DNA from: Macrostomum hystrix | Taxonomy: Eukaryota; Animalia; Platyhelminthes | NCBI GenBank assembly: GCA_950097015.1 | Contig: CATNEN010000038.1 | Span: forward strand, 19,592,001-19,656,000 | Length of the DNA: 64,000 nucleotides | Direction of reading: 5' to 3' | In this document: piece by piece, positions 38,609 to 51,142 of the stretch | How positions within the stretch are numbered: position 1 is the stretch's first letter | How the letters are laid out: each line of letters begins with the position of its first letter | Notes under the pieces: generated by a model | What the model was told of the DNA's origin: nothing | The model's database searches: none | Seen by the model: the letters and a program-made list of their open reading frames with translations, nothing else | Made by a program: the position numbers and the translations under genes

Positions 38609-38774
38609 GTGAGGCAATGTCAGCCTGTACCTCACAATCACGAATATGTCCGCAGACAACCTTCCTAGGTATCTCATAACTGTAGACATGTCCATGGAAA
38701 CCTTGCCCTGTACCTAAAAAATTTTCCGATCCACAAATTTACTAATTAACATCAACTGTCGCCAATACCTCGCA

Positions 38775-39460
38775 GCCTTCACCAGTATCGCACAGCCTTC
38801 CCCAGTATCTCACAGCCTTCCCCAGTATCTCACAGCCTTCCCCAGTATCTCACAGCCTTCCCCAGTATCTCACAGCCTTCCCCAGTATCTCACAGCCTTC
38901 CCCAGTATCTCACAGCCTTCCCCAGTATCTCACAGCCTTCCCCAGTATCTCACAGCCTTCCCCAGTATCTCACAGCCTTCCCCAGTATCTCACAGCCTTC
39001 CCCAGTATCTCACAGCCTTCCCCAGTATCTCACAGCCTTCCCCAGTATCCCAAAGCCTTACCCATTATCTCACAGCCTTCCCCAGTATCCCAAAGCCTTA
39101 CCCATTATCTCACAGTCTTACCCAGTATCTAAAGTCTTACCCTGTATCTCACAGCCTTCCCCAGTATCCCAAAGCCTTCCCCATTATCTCACAGCCTTCC
39201 CCAGTATCTCACAGCCTTCCCCAGTATCTCACAGCCTTCCCCAGTATCTCACAGCCTTCCCCAGTATCTCACAGCCTTCCCCAGTATCTCACAGCCTTCC
39301 CCAGTATCTCACAGCCTTCCCCAGTATCTCACAGTCTTACCCAGTATCTCACAGTCTTACCCAGTATCTCACAGCCTTCCCCATTATCTCACAGCCTTCC
39401 CCAGTATCTCACAGCCTTCCCCAGTATCTCACAGTCTTACCCAGTATCTCACAGCCTTCA
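38775..39460. repeat. 20-bp minisatellite (cacagccttccccagtatct)n
   Basis: Direct periodicity. Confidence 0.95.
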
Positions 39461-39496
39461 AAATGACAAGAAACCAGTACGCTACCATCATTTCAG

Positions 39497-39676
39497 GGCC
39501 CGGTAATTCTAGCATTCTTCCCAAATATGGGCAACGTTGTGATGGCAGTTGTACTAATTGTGGTGGTCGCAGCCCTCCTAATGGTTGGCGTCACTTGCGT
39601 CTGCTGGCAGAGGATCTTCCTGAACAAGTATTCTCGAGACCGAGTCGGCTATACTGAGGTCAAAGGTACGCTGTGA
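39497..39676 (+). CDS. Gene Y exon 5: TM helix and short cytoplasmic tail
   Basis: tttcAG acceptor; VVMAVVLIVVVAALLMVGVTCVCW TM then ...RVGYTEVKGTL*. Confidence 0.72.
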   Translation, partial: GPVILAFFPNMGNVVMAVVLIVVVAALLMVGVTCVCWQRIFLNKYSRDRVGYTEVKGTL

Positions 39677-40139
39677 GGATCTCACAGAGAATGGGATTTT
39701 ACTCGAACGAGTTTTCTAGTAAAAGTTTTTTACGTGCGCAAAGTCTATATGCAGAATTAAACTTTCTCAAATCCAAAAATGTACTTTGAAAGCACTTGCC
39801 ATAAGTTTTATTTTCTGATAACGTTAACGTGCTTGGTGTTAAAGTCTTAATACTTTACTTATCAATTGCGTAGCCAACAGCCGTTTGTTTTATACTTTTT
39901 TGTTTTTAACTTATCGCCAATGCTTTTCGTCTTTTATGGTCGGTGATTTTTTCATTTTTATTCCCTAAAATGTGAAATAAAAACAATAAGTCAAATACAG
40001 ATACCGTCTTGGACACCAGAAATGTTATTTGAAATTTTTCATTTATTCGTACTAATAAATCAACTTTAAATTACTTAGCTTTGTTACTATTTTTAGCTCA
40101 AGTGTACAAGGAAAGATTGGGTGTATATGCTGAGTCATA

Positions 40140-40410
40140 AGTTTCTATTTATAGCTCGGGCGTGCCTAGTAAGGTCGTTGGATCTGATGAGGGATTTCCC
40201 GAGTTTTCTATTTTTAGTTTAAGCGTGCATAGTAAGGTCGGTGGATTTGATGAGGGATAATCCCGAGCTTTCTATATTTAGCTTAGGTGTGCATAGTAAG
40301 TTCGGTGGATATGATGAGGGATTTCCCCAAGTTTTCTATTTTTAGTTTAGTGTGCATAGTAAGGTCGGTGAAGCTGATGAGGGATTTCCCGAGTTTGCTA
40401 TTTTTAGCTC
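40140..40410. repeat. ~62-bp diverged tandem repeat x4
   Basis: gtgcatagtaaggtcggtggatNtgatgagggatttcccgag recurs. Confidence 0.8.
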
Positions 40411-40561
40411 ATATTGCATGTTGCAATAACAAACAATAGTGATTGACGAGATTAGGGAATCGCGTCTTTAGGTAAAGGATTCTCTTCCTTTGGGGTTTAA
40501 ACAAAGACCAGCTGATGCTACTCGTGTTTTAGCGTCCCATAATTGGGCCAATAAATCAATT

Positions 40562-41233
40562 TCAGAACCGGGTTATTTTGACAGCCCCTTGAACAGTGCC
40601 GTCGGTAATGCAGCGCAGCTCTTCAACGCCATGATCTAATCTGACCAATCTAAGAACGGCCTTTTTAAATGCCGGCATAAACAAGAAATAAATGATTGGA
40701 TTGACAATCATGTTCAGATTGACCAAAATCAAGCTAATGTTATAGAATAGGCCCTTCTGGTCGAAGTTGAATAGGTGAAACATGTGCAGCAGGTAGCAGA
40801 TCTGATTGGTAGTGAAGCAAATCAGGTAAGCAATGCCTGCTATCACAAAGGTTTTGAGCAGCACTCTCGATGCTGTGAGCTTCCGTCGCAGACTCTCTTC
40901 TGGCACCGATCTAGATTTTCTTCTCAGGCTGCAGATCATGGTCGTATAGCAGACTGTCATGTTCAGCAATGGCAGGCCGAATGTCATAACAAAATTTTGC
41001 ACTCCGAATAAATTCGAAACCCATTGCGGAATGTCCCGGGTGTACACGCAGCAGTCTCGAGTGTTCGGATCCGAGTTTGGTCCTCTGGTGACATCAAGCA
41101 GGACTCGCCAGTCGTGCAGGCAGCTGTAGACCCAGACGCTGGCGCAGATGAGCTGAAGTTTGCGCCGACTTCGAGACACCATGGGAAATACCAGGGCGAC
41201 GAAGCGTTCCACAATGATCACCTGCAGATTTAG
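40562..41233 (-). CDS. Class A GPCR (galanin/allatostatin-A receptor-like orphan), exon 2
   Basis: ttgcAG acceptor (alternative AG 12 nt downstream); ERF, FGLP, NPIIY motifs. Confidence 0.85.
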   Translation of the reverse strand, partial: LNLQVIIVERFVALVFPMVSRSRRKLQLICASVWVYSCLHDWRVLLDVTRGPNSDPNTRDCCVYTRDIPQWVSNLFGVQNFVMTFGLPLLNMTVCYTTMICSLRRKSRSVPEESLRRKLTASRVLLKTFVIAGIAYLICFTTNQICYLLHMFHLFNFDQKGLFYNISLILVNLNMIVNPIIYFLFMPAFKKAVLRLVRLDHGVEELRCITDGTVQGAVKITRF

Positions 41234-41284
41234 CTGCAACAAGTTTGCGGGATGCTCGGTCTCAGTCAGACTTATAATTTTATA

Positions 41285-41938
41285 ATGCCAATTACACCTG
41301 CCCCTATTAGGCCGACAGCACAGCCGCAGCTATCTGGAGGTTGCGTACACCTGTTCAGTCCATGGACTAAGGGGACGCTATGGGCACCCTCAATTACTCC
41401 AGCTATTGCTGGTACGCATTTAACAGCTGGTGAACTGAAGCAATGAAGTGTTAAGTGTCTTGCTGAAAGAACACTATATATAGTTAATAATTGCAAGAGG
41501 GCTGCAAGCAATGGCACATCATTTAGTGACACTAGACCCGCGGCCAGCGAGGAGGCAATTCTGCCCATTCCGCTGACTCCTGAGCACACACTCACACAGA
41601 TACTGTACGCAGGCACACGCTCACACAGATGTGTGCACCTGCCCTGACTTTCTCATCGTCAGGCAGTGTACACTCTCACTGTTCCTTGGAGGTTGGCCCT
41701 CAAGGGCGTAAATTTGCACGACAAGCCCCCAAGACTTCTCTACACGGCTGCGCCCCAATTTAATGTGGCCTACGCCGTGGAATCGAGCTCAGGGACCTTG
41801 GTGCGAGAGGCAAACGCGTTAACCGCTCTGCCACCGACCCCCCTGTTGCTGCTTAAAGGACACAAATTGTTCCAGTAGAGTCGGGAATCGAACCCCTGAC
41901 CTTCGAGTCGTTAGCCCGATGCTCTAACCACTAGGCTA
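41285..41938 (-). mobile_element. SINE-B (41285-41480 and 41850-41938) interrupted by full-length SINE-A (41487-41843)
   Basis: Reverse-complement matches to both families, nested. Confidence 0.85.
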
Positions 41939-41976
41939 CGAGCTCCTTGATAGTAGTCAGGGGGGCAGCAACTCAC

Positions 41977-42351
41977 CGTACTGCAGATGACCAACACCCA
42001 GATGATGTACTCGCTGAACCAGACGCGGCAGAGGAGGGATCCGATGGCGTTGATTGGCACCTGGCGCGGGGCATCCAGTGTGGCCCACTTGACAGCCGTG
42101 GCCAAGCAAGCGAACAAGTCAATAGCCGATTGGTTCAGCACTAGTAGGCGCGGATTTCGGCTAGTTATGTGATAGTTCTGACCGAATGTAACCAGCACAA
42201 TGGTATTGGCGACAGTGCCGAAAATTGACACGGACAGAAAGATCCATGGAAGAGCTTCCAGAGCTGACGAATTGTTGCCACCCAGTCGCTCTCTGTTGTC
42301 TTGCAGGCAAGCCAAGAAGCCACTATCGAAGCTGCTATTGGTAGAATTCAT
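41977..42351 (-). CDS. Same GPCR, exon 1; joined protein ~348 aa
   Basis: MNSTNSS N-terminus, GTVAN (TM1), LNQSAID (TM2), LCRVW (TM3); GTgagt donor; acceptor 6 nt upstream of ATG. Confidence 0.85.
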
Positions 42352-42539
42352 GTTAGCCTGCGAAAACAATAGAAAGTTATTTCTCTCGCTCATAAATCAA
42401 AAGTTTGATCTCGCAAACTATTTATTGTACTTGCTGAATCGTTTGACAACATGCCTAATGTTCATCGTGCTCTATGAGCTTGAAAACATAATCTCAGTTT
42501 AATGTTCTCAATTCGACAGGCTTTGTCGATTCTCAAATA

Positions 42540-42945
42540 AACGATTCTAAAATCGTAAAATCTCAATTCGACGATACTCAATTTAACGATTCTCAATTTA
42601 ACGATTCTCAATTTAACGATTCTCAATTTAACGATTCTCAATTTAACGATTCTCAATTTAACGATTCTCAATGTAACGATTCTCAATGTAACGATTCTCA
42701 ATTTAACGATTCTCAATGTAACGATTCTCAATTTAACGATTCTCAATTTAATGATTCTCGATTAAACGATTCTCAATTTAACGATTCTCAATTTAACGAT
42801 TCTCAATTTAACGATTCTCAATTTAACGGTTCTCTATTTAACGATTCTCAATTTAACTATTCTCAATTTAACGATTCTCAATTTAACGATTCTTGATTAA
42901 AACGATTCTCAATTTAACGATTCTCAATTAAACGATTCTTAATTT
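42540..42945. repeat. 15-bp minisatellite (aacgattctcaattt)n
   Basis: Direct periodicity. Confidence 0.93.
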
Positions 42946-43525
42946 TTTCTCATTTGCTTTTGTCAAGCAAATTTATCGATGTCATCAAATTTTTGTCTGA
43001 GCTTAAATTAAAATAGACAATTTATTTCAATCAAATTTCCTGAATTTTTTAAAGACCTTTAATTACCTTTAATTTAAGCTTTGTAATTAACAGCCGAAAT
43101 GTAATTACCTCCTTATTAAACCACTAACGAGCCAATAATTGCTTTCTATAGTCGCTCATTATGACGTAAAATCTCTTTATTACTAATTTAACTGTCTCAG
43201 CAAACATACAATTAAGCATTTCTAATAAACGCACAGACTTTAATTGAGTACACTTGTAGTGTACTCAATTATTCACAGGTAGATGAATGCTGTTAAGGGT
43301 CTAACATATAATACAATGGGATTGACTACATTTATGAGAATCAAATTAGTGAATAAAATGTGTCTGCATTTCACATGCTGACTATCTTTTTCAAAGGTCA
43401 GTGGGATGTTCTTTAGAATAGGTTTTTAGGCTGTCGGCTGGTGGTGACAAAAGACCCATAGTCTGCGAGGAGGCAATTCTGCCCATTTCGCTGACTCCTG
43501 AGCACACGCGCACTGTATGGTTGTA

Positions 43526-44301
43526 CGAGGGGTGTTGCAAAAGTTTCCGGACTACGAGTAATGCTCGTCATGGTGATAATTTTAGTCTGATTCAGCAAAA
43601 AATCTAAACAGACGAACAGGCAACCGTATTTTTTTATATTATTAAGTTTCAGAAAGTTTGGAGTTGATGGTCCAAAGTAATAAGCGATTGTACACTAGAT
43701 TGTTATAGTCATGAAATACGATTTCCGAGTTACAGCTACCAATCACTGTCACTGTCGCTTCTATCGCCGGATGCGTCCACAGGTTGATTGCTGGCTCGCT
43801 CCACGTATTCGAAATTTACGGAGATGCATTTTCGGTAGCGCTCAATCAGCTTGTCGAAGCCAGACTCCCAGAAGCTGGCATCGAACTGACGTCGAGACTT
43901 GTTGGCTGCTTCGATGACCTCCTCGCGCGTTGTGAAGATCTCGCCCCGGATTGGCATCTTCATTGGGCCAAAGAGGTGGAAATCGGCGACGGCGAGATCG
44001 GGACTGTAGGCTTGGTGGTTCAGCAGTCGTTGGAAGCTGGCTTTCCTTAGACCCGAACTCCGATGGATTCTTCAATCGACTCATTTTCGCTCACTTTTGG
44101 TTTGTGAAAAATCGTGTCAACAGCTTCCAAGGGTTGCAACCTATTTTGGCCCTCATGTATGCTGCGGTTGACTAAGCTGCATAACATTTTAGGAAAAGTA
44201 TTTTCTACGGCTGAATACCATAGACATCAATTTTCAGCCAAATCAAACACGAATTGTCACCATGGATTAGCATTAGTCCGGAAACTTTTGCAACACCCCT
44301 C
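43526..44301 (-). mobile_element. Internally deleted mariner (DD34D-type) element inserted in a SINE-A
   Basis: 28-bp TIRs gaggggtgttgcaaaagtttccggacta; AYSPDLAVADFHLFGPMK...F...GFDKLIERYRKCI transposase C-terminus; SINE-A halves at ~43460-43517 and ~44309-44359. Confidence 0.9.
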
Positions 44302-45104
44302 TGCCTTTACATCTGCCCTGACTTTCTCATCGTCAGGCAGTGTACACTCTCACTGTGCCTGTGCTATCTTTCTGTATTTCCTAAAATATTCAACCAATCG
44401 CTTTGAGAACTCAGAACACAGGCTAAAATTCTCCGTTGTATCCGATGAAACGACTTCCATGCAGAATCTCAAAACATCGTTGAGATATATTCAACAAGTT
44501 TCTGCTCACAAAATTTTATCATGCAACCATGTCGGCTAGTTATTGTTGACTATATTGTTAATTTATACTCTTTTGAAGCAATATGCATTCGAAAATGTTA
44601 ATAGGCAGCGGATATTTAATATACCCATGTGGTGCGGTATTTCTCCAGGGGGGATATAGAGTGATCTTTCTGCTGTACACACAAACCTCATTTCTACCCC
44701 AGAAAATACCAATTTTACTTCTGTGAGAAATGAAGCACTGAGGAATTTAGTGTCCTGTTAAAATACAATAATTAAAGACATGCCTTGACTTACAATGAGT
44801 CCCGGTTAATCACATTCTGAGCTTTAGAATAAGTTCCGAAATTGTCTCTAATCTTTGAAAATATCTGGCTGCAATGGTTAGCCAGGGTTTTTTATTCTCA
44901 ACCTGCAGACTCCGAGTTCACTGATTGGCTATGACTTAACAATCTCAGTTTATTGTCAAGGGAATAGTGTCTAAGGTTGCTTGTGATGCAAATACATAAA
45001 AAAATGATCTCGCTATAATCCTGAATACACAACATTTCTTTGATCAAATATTCCGCCTGTTGGTTTGTAAATTTTGTCCGGAACAACACACATCATAAAC
45101 TTTA

Positions 45105-46015
45105 CAACCGGCAAACACAAATCACAGCTTACACCAAAATTTACATCCTGCACACGTAAATCACAGTGTACACCAAACTTTACATCCTGCACACACGAAT
45201 CACAGTGAACACCAAACTTTGCAACCTGCACACGTGAATCACAGTGTACACCAAACTTTGCAACCTGCACACGTGAATCACAGTGTACACCAAACTTTAC
45301 ATCCTGCACACACGAATCACAGTGTACACAAAACTTTGCAACCTGCACACGTGAATCACAGTGAACACCAAACTTTGCAACCTGCACACGTGAATCACAG
45401 TGTACACAAAACTTTGCAACCTGCACACGTGAATCACAGTGTACACCAAACTTTACATCCTGCACACACGAATCACAGTGAACACCAAACTTTGCAACCT
45501 GCACACGTGAATCACAGTGTACACCAAACTTTGCAACCTGCACACGTGAATCACAGTGTACACCAAAATTTACAACCTGCACACACGAATCACAGTGTAC
45601 ACAAAACTTTGCAACCTGCACACACGAATCACAGTGTACACCAAACTTTACAACCTGCACACACGAATCACATTGTACACCAAACTTTACAAACTGCACC
45701 CGTGAATGAGGTAGAACACTAGATAAGAACCACTGGTGTACACCAAACTTTACAACCTTGCACACACCGAATCACAGTGTACACCAAACTTTACAACCTT
45801 GCACACACGAATCACAGTGTACACCAAACTTTACAACCTTGCACACACCGAATCACAGTGTACACCAAACTTTACAAACTGCACACACGAATCACAGTGT
45901 ACACTAAACTTTACAAACTGCACCCGTGAATGAGGTAGAACACTAGATAAGAACCACTGGTGTACACCTAACTTTACAACCTTGCACACACCGAATCACA
46001 GTGTATACACCAAAC
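45105..46015. repeat. 33-bp minisatellite (gaatcacagtgtacaccaaactttRcaacctgcacac-like)
   Basis: Direct periodicity. Confidence 0.92.
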
Positions 46016-46451
46016 TTAACGATCCGTACATGCATAAAATATCGGTTTATCTACTTTTCAGTAGCATCGCATGGATTTTATAAATCCTTATTTTAGCTTT
46101 GTAGTAAATCCTTTCAAATTTAAGAATTTTATGTGAATTTACATAGTTGCTTTTAAGCAATCTACAAAAATAAGCCACAAATGTTCGGCCGTTAAACATA
46201 CAAAACGTACTCGTACATTCTGCTATTGGTTGCTTGTTTTCTAAGTTTAGTTTTTTGTTAAAAGCAATAGACCTAATGCGGCAAGTTAATTTTCGTTGAC
46301 AAGTGTTCGAGGCATGTAATGCGAGGTACATTTCATAGAAGTGTAAATTTGAATCAATCAATCTATTGTGTACCGCCATGCACTGTGAGGCACAAGGATA
46401 TTCTAGACTTCAATGGACTTCATCGAAGCTCTGTTTGCCAATAAAACAAAA

Positions 46452-46704
46452 TCAGCTCGATCTTCCTGTAGCCGCAGCTCCGCCAGAACCTCTGCCTCGA
46501 AGGCAGACCAGGTAGAGAAATTCCACAATCTCCACAAAGAAAGCCATGGTCAGTCCAAGGTACAGAGAGCAGAGCCCGCCAACCCGGCTCATCAACGCCT
46601 CGAAGGTGACGGTCAGCTTCTCCTCGCGTTTGAGTGTGTCGAAACTCTTCCGTCGAATCACAACGTAGGCGTAGTTGGCCTCATTATCCGATAGAGCTGC
46701 CTCG

Positions 46705-46735
<31 letters not shown>

Positions 46736-47073
46736 CATCTGAGGCTGGCAGGCGAGTTAAATTGTCCGCCTCCAGATAGTCCAGAATGCGTTTCAGTAGG
46801 CGCCTCCTCTCGGTCTCGTTGCGTCTCCCTCCGTTACTGCTGGATCCGGCCTCGCGAAGTTGCTTCCAGCTTTGCGATTGGTCCAGCATCCAGTGCAGCT
46901 GGTAGTTGCTGGCCCGCCAGCGAGTGATTGACAGCTCCTGCTCGTAGCTGTAGCGAGTGCAGCGCTTGTGGCACGGCGGAGTTGCTGACTGTCCTTGCTG
47001 CTGTTGCTGTTGACTTTCCTGGTGCTCTCGACTGTTTAAATACTCTCCAATTTCTTCCAGGCATCTTAGGCGG
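46452..47073 (-). CDS. DEG/ENaC/ASIC family channel exon 4 (thumb Cys, TM2)
   Basis: ttacAG acceptor phase 2; CHKRCTRYSY, LMSRVGGLCSLYLGLTMAFFVEIVEFLY. Confidence 0.9.
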
Positions 47074-47159
47074 CTGTAAGTGTATAGAGGAAGTTTTTAT
47101 TTTCAAGTTGTAAAACATGCTTCTGCTCAGCTGCATGCCGAAAACAAGAATACTTGTGC

Positions 47160-47285
47160 ATCTATTTTTAGAAACAAGCGCCCATCTCACTCCGCTTCTA
47201 TTTTCAGAAACAAGCGCCCATCTCACTCCGCTTCTATTTTTAGAAACACACAACCGTCTCACTCCGCTTCTATTTTTAGAAAGGC
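47160..47285. repeat. 33-bp tandem repeat x~4
   Basis: cttctatttttagaaacaagcgcccatctcactccg recurs. Confidence 0.8.
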
Positions 47286-48279
47286 ATACTGTTTTACTCG
47301 AATCTAATTTCAAAAACACGCACCCGACTAACTCACATTACTTAGGTTTTTTAAATAACACTCCCGTCTCTTTCGCCTCTTTTTTAGAACCACGAAGCCC
47401 TCCGTATAGCTTTTCTACAAATCTTCCACTAAATCGAACTTTCACACTCGTCTTTTGAGCAATTAGACCGCAAATATTCTTCAAACGGCCATCGGAGTTG
47501 CGCTATTTGCAATTAAAATGCTGGTCGTTGTTGGGTTAAACATGTGAACGAAAGAAAGAGTAAAATACACAATACAACCCAATATATCATCTGATGAAAT
47601 CAAGGCTTAACTTCCGTATATCTGAAAATCAATCAAAGCCAATCTTATAGTATAAAAAGACGCACAATGTAATTTTTTGCTACTAGGGAGGTTCCATATT
47701 GAATTTAGGATCAAATTCAGACATTCTACACTTTATTGGATTATTCTGTACCCGATAATTTATCATATATATCCAATTAATGGTATTTTTACAGTTACTG
47801 GCGCTATCGATACAGCCGGACATCATAATCAAATACAAAAAAACAAATCCAAAAATTACGGTCGCCAAAATTTTTCGGATTAAACAAATTCTTTCAGAAA
47901 TCCAAAAAACTGACGCAAAAAACAATAATTATGTTGACCTTTAAGCTAAATTGGTCTAACACAATTCATGTCAGATAATAGTACAGTCTAGACTTCAATG
48001 TTTGTCATCGCTTTGACCTAAAAAACGAATTTGGGCGAATGATGGATTGAATTTATTGAGAATCAGTTGTTGACTACTTGCACTGAGAATAAACAATGCA
48101 ATTACTTGTGTTTAACAATAAACAGCATCTGATTCCTTCAAAAGATTTACTTTTTTATAAACGAAACAGATAAGCACGTCTCAGTTATAAAATATCTTGA
48201 AGATTTTCGTCTGTAGAATACTTCATTGATAAAATAGATTTTCCTTTTAGAATTTTCCATAGCTGTGACCCATAGCGGT

Positions 48280-49150
48280 TACAGTGGAAATTTCCCCACG
48301 AGAATGCGCAATTGTTTCTATGGGAGTTTCCGCGACAATAACAGTGGAAATTTCCACGCGATAATCAGCAATTGTTTCTATGGGAGTTTCCGCGACAATA
48401 ACAGTGGAAATTTCCCTACGAGAATGCGCAATTGTTTCTATAGAAGTTTCCGCGACAATAACAGTGGAAATTTCCCCACGATAATCAAAATATGTTTCTA
48501 TGGAATTTTCCGCGACAATAACAGTGGAAATTTCCACACGATATTTAGCAATTGTTTCTATGGAAGTTTCCGCGACAATAACAGTGGAAATTTCCACACG
48601 ATATTTAGCAATTGTTTCTATGGAAGTTTCCGCGACAATAACAGTGGAAATTTCCACACGATAATCAGCAATTGTTTCTATGGAAGTTTCCGCGACAATA
48701 ACAGTGGAAATTTCCACGCGATAATCAGCAATTGTTTCTATGGAAGTTTCCGCGACAATAACAGTGGAAATTTCCACGCGATAATCAGCAATTGTTTCTA
48801 TGGAAGTTTCCGCGACAATAACAGTGGAAATTTCCCTACGAGAATGCGCAATTGTTTCTATGGAAGTTTCCGCGACAATAACAGTGGAAATTTCCCCACG
48901 ATAATCAAAAAATGTTTCTATGGAATTTTCCGCGACAATAACAGTTGAAATTTCCACACGATAATCAGCAATTGTTTCTATGGAAGTTTCCGCGACAAAA
49001 CAGTGGAAATTTCCCCACGATAATCAAAAATGGTTTCTATGGAAGTTTCCGCGACAATATGAGTGAAAATTTCCCTACGAGAATGAGCAATTGTTTCTAT
49101 GGTATTTTCCGAGACAATAACAGTGGGAATTTCCCCACGATTATCAGCAA
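48280..49150. repeat. 60-bp tandem repeat x~14
   Basis: Exact 60-nt periodicity. Confidence 0.93.
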
Positions 49151-49324
49151 ATGTTACTGGGGAAATTCTCGATAACCAGTAATTATGAACAGCGGTTACA
49201 GTTGTACGGTATGTAATACACAATTGTTCAAATGAAATGTATATTACAAAAGCATCAATAAGAAATACATTCAATATACTGCATGTCGATTTCGGAAATC
49301 TGTAATTCAGCCGTGTCGACTCAC

Positions 49325-49601
49325 CTTTCGATGATGGAGATATTTCCGTTCCGAAAATCTCCGCAATAGGGAATCTCGTTGCTAGGCAACCCGGAAGGCC
49401 TTGGTAACCTGGACAGCAGACAATTACAACGGGCGATGAATAGGCTGTTCATATGGGATTCCTTGCAGGCCTGGTAGGAATAGTCGTACCGATTATTGAG
49501 GTCGTCAATTTTCGGCTCTCGACTGTCGTGACAAGGATCATTGGGAGAATCCTTAGTCTCCTTCCACAGGACTGTGTCGAAGGCCACTTCGACCATCTTG
49601 C
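49325..49601 (-). CDS. DEG/ENaC exon 3
   Basis: gcAG acceptor phase 1 (EPG|KMVEVAF); YSYQAC...CNC...PYC thumb-domain pattern; GTgagt donor. Confidence 0.9.
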
Positions 49602-49639
49602 CTGCTCGGAATGAGGCGTGTTCGTGTTGGAGCTAGAGT

Positions 49640-50050
49640 GTGTACAACTGGCTGTGTGTGTGTACATCTACCTGTGCGTGTGTACATCTACCTGTGCGTG
49701 TGTACATCTACCTGTGCGTGTGTACATCTACCTGTGCGTGTGTACATCTACCTGTGCGTGTGTACATCTACCTGTGCGTGTGTACATCTGGCTGTGTGTG
49801 TGTACAACTGGCTGTGTGTGTGCACATCTACCTGTGCGTGTGTACATCTGGCTGTGTGTGTGTACATCTACCTGTGCGTGTGTACATCTGGCTGTGTGTG
49901 TGTACATCTACCTGTGCGTGTGTACATCTACCTGTACGTTTGTACATCTGGCTGTGTGTGTGTACATCTAGCTGTGCGTGTGTACATCTAGCTGTGCGTG
50001 TGTACATCTATAGTTGTGTGTGTACATCTGACTGCTTGTGTGTATCTAGC
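49640..50050. repeat. 20-bp minisatellite (tgtacatctacctgtgcgtg)n
   Basis: Direct periodicity. Confidence 0.93.
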
Positions 50051-50149
50051 TGATCTTGAGATGTGTGTATGCAGTGTACATCTTTCTGTGTCTGTGAAGT
50101 CTGCGTATTAAAAATGCTTTAAAAATTAAATAATTTCACCAGCCCTAAT

Positions 50150-50365
50150 CAGGATAGATGTGCAGCCGACAGCACACTTCCGCAGCTATTGCGTGGCGCA
50201 TCTGAAGGCTGCGTACAGCTGTTCAGTCCATGGACTGGAAGGGACGCTACACCCACCCTCGATTATCCCAGTTGATTTTGGTACCCATTTAATAGCAGGG
50301 TGAACTGAAACAATGCAGAGTAAAGTTCCAGTGGAGTCGGGAATCGAACCCCCGACCTTCAATTC
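50150..50365 (-). mobile_element. SINE-B copy
   Basis: Reverse complement of SINE-B. Confidence 0.8.
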
Positions 50366-51142
50366 ATAAGTCTATCTTGTGTGTTGATCTGCCTTTGCAT
50401 GAGATGTGGTAATGTGTCTTGATTCACCAATCGTTTTTAGAACAATTTTTATTTTTATTTGACAGAACTGAAAATATACTTAAATACTTCTGTAGTAACT
50501 TTCAAGAAATAAACTTCAATGTGATAAATTTGCCAATCAGTTTTCGATTTTGAGAGTGGACAGCTAAAATGATTGACACACTTCAGTTTAAGCTACTGTA
50601 CATTCAGAGTATTTCATGGTGAGAAAATTGCAGGTGCAATTGTGAAAAGCAACGTATGAACTATCTTTAAAAAGCTTAAGCAATAATATGTGAAAAAATT
50701 GCTGCATCTATACTTTTAAAATGATTGATTATTCATTGCTTGCTGAGTGTTTGCAAGGATGCAATTAAACAGGGTCTCCAGTGTAGAAAGTGAGTTCTGT
50801 CAGTTGAATAAAGTCAATTTTATAAATTGGAATGAAAAATTCTCTTTTTCTGAAGCAAAGTGGATGTGAAATCTCGGAAAATTATACTCGTACATAATAA
50901 AACGGCCCCATTATTACGGCCAACGATCACCTTTCCCTCTAGGCCATCCCGGCTCTTAGGAAATAGGAAAAGGGTTTTCATTTCTTAGAAAAGGAAATTA
51001 TTGAAAGTCTGTCAGGGTGAGGGGAAGGATTGGAATTAGAAATAGCTCGCTTTAAATGAAGCGGATAATTTTCACATGATAAATCAATGATGAATCAGGG
51101 TGGTATATTCAGGAATATATTCAGGCCGGTATATTCAGGAAT

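Noticed and set aside
40140-40410. Hammerhead-like GUC...CUGAUGA-GGGAUUUCCC-GAG in tandem repeat
   Set aside because: Core GAAA replaced by GAG, helices I and III do not pair, and CUGA is mutated in half the copies.
47683-47925. Hydrophobic 80-aa ORF
   Set aside because: AT-rich intronic sequence, no splice or homology support.
48247-48957. 236/227-aa ORFs on both strands
   Set aside because: 60-bp tandem repeat inside a DEG/ENaC intron; no splice support.
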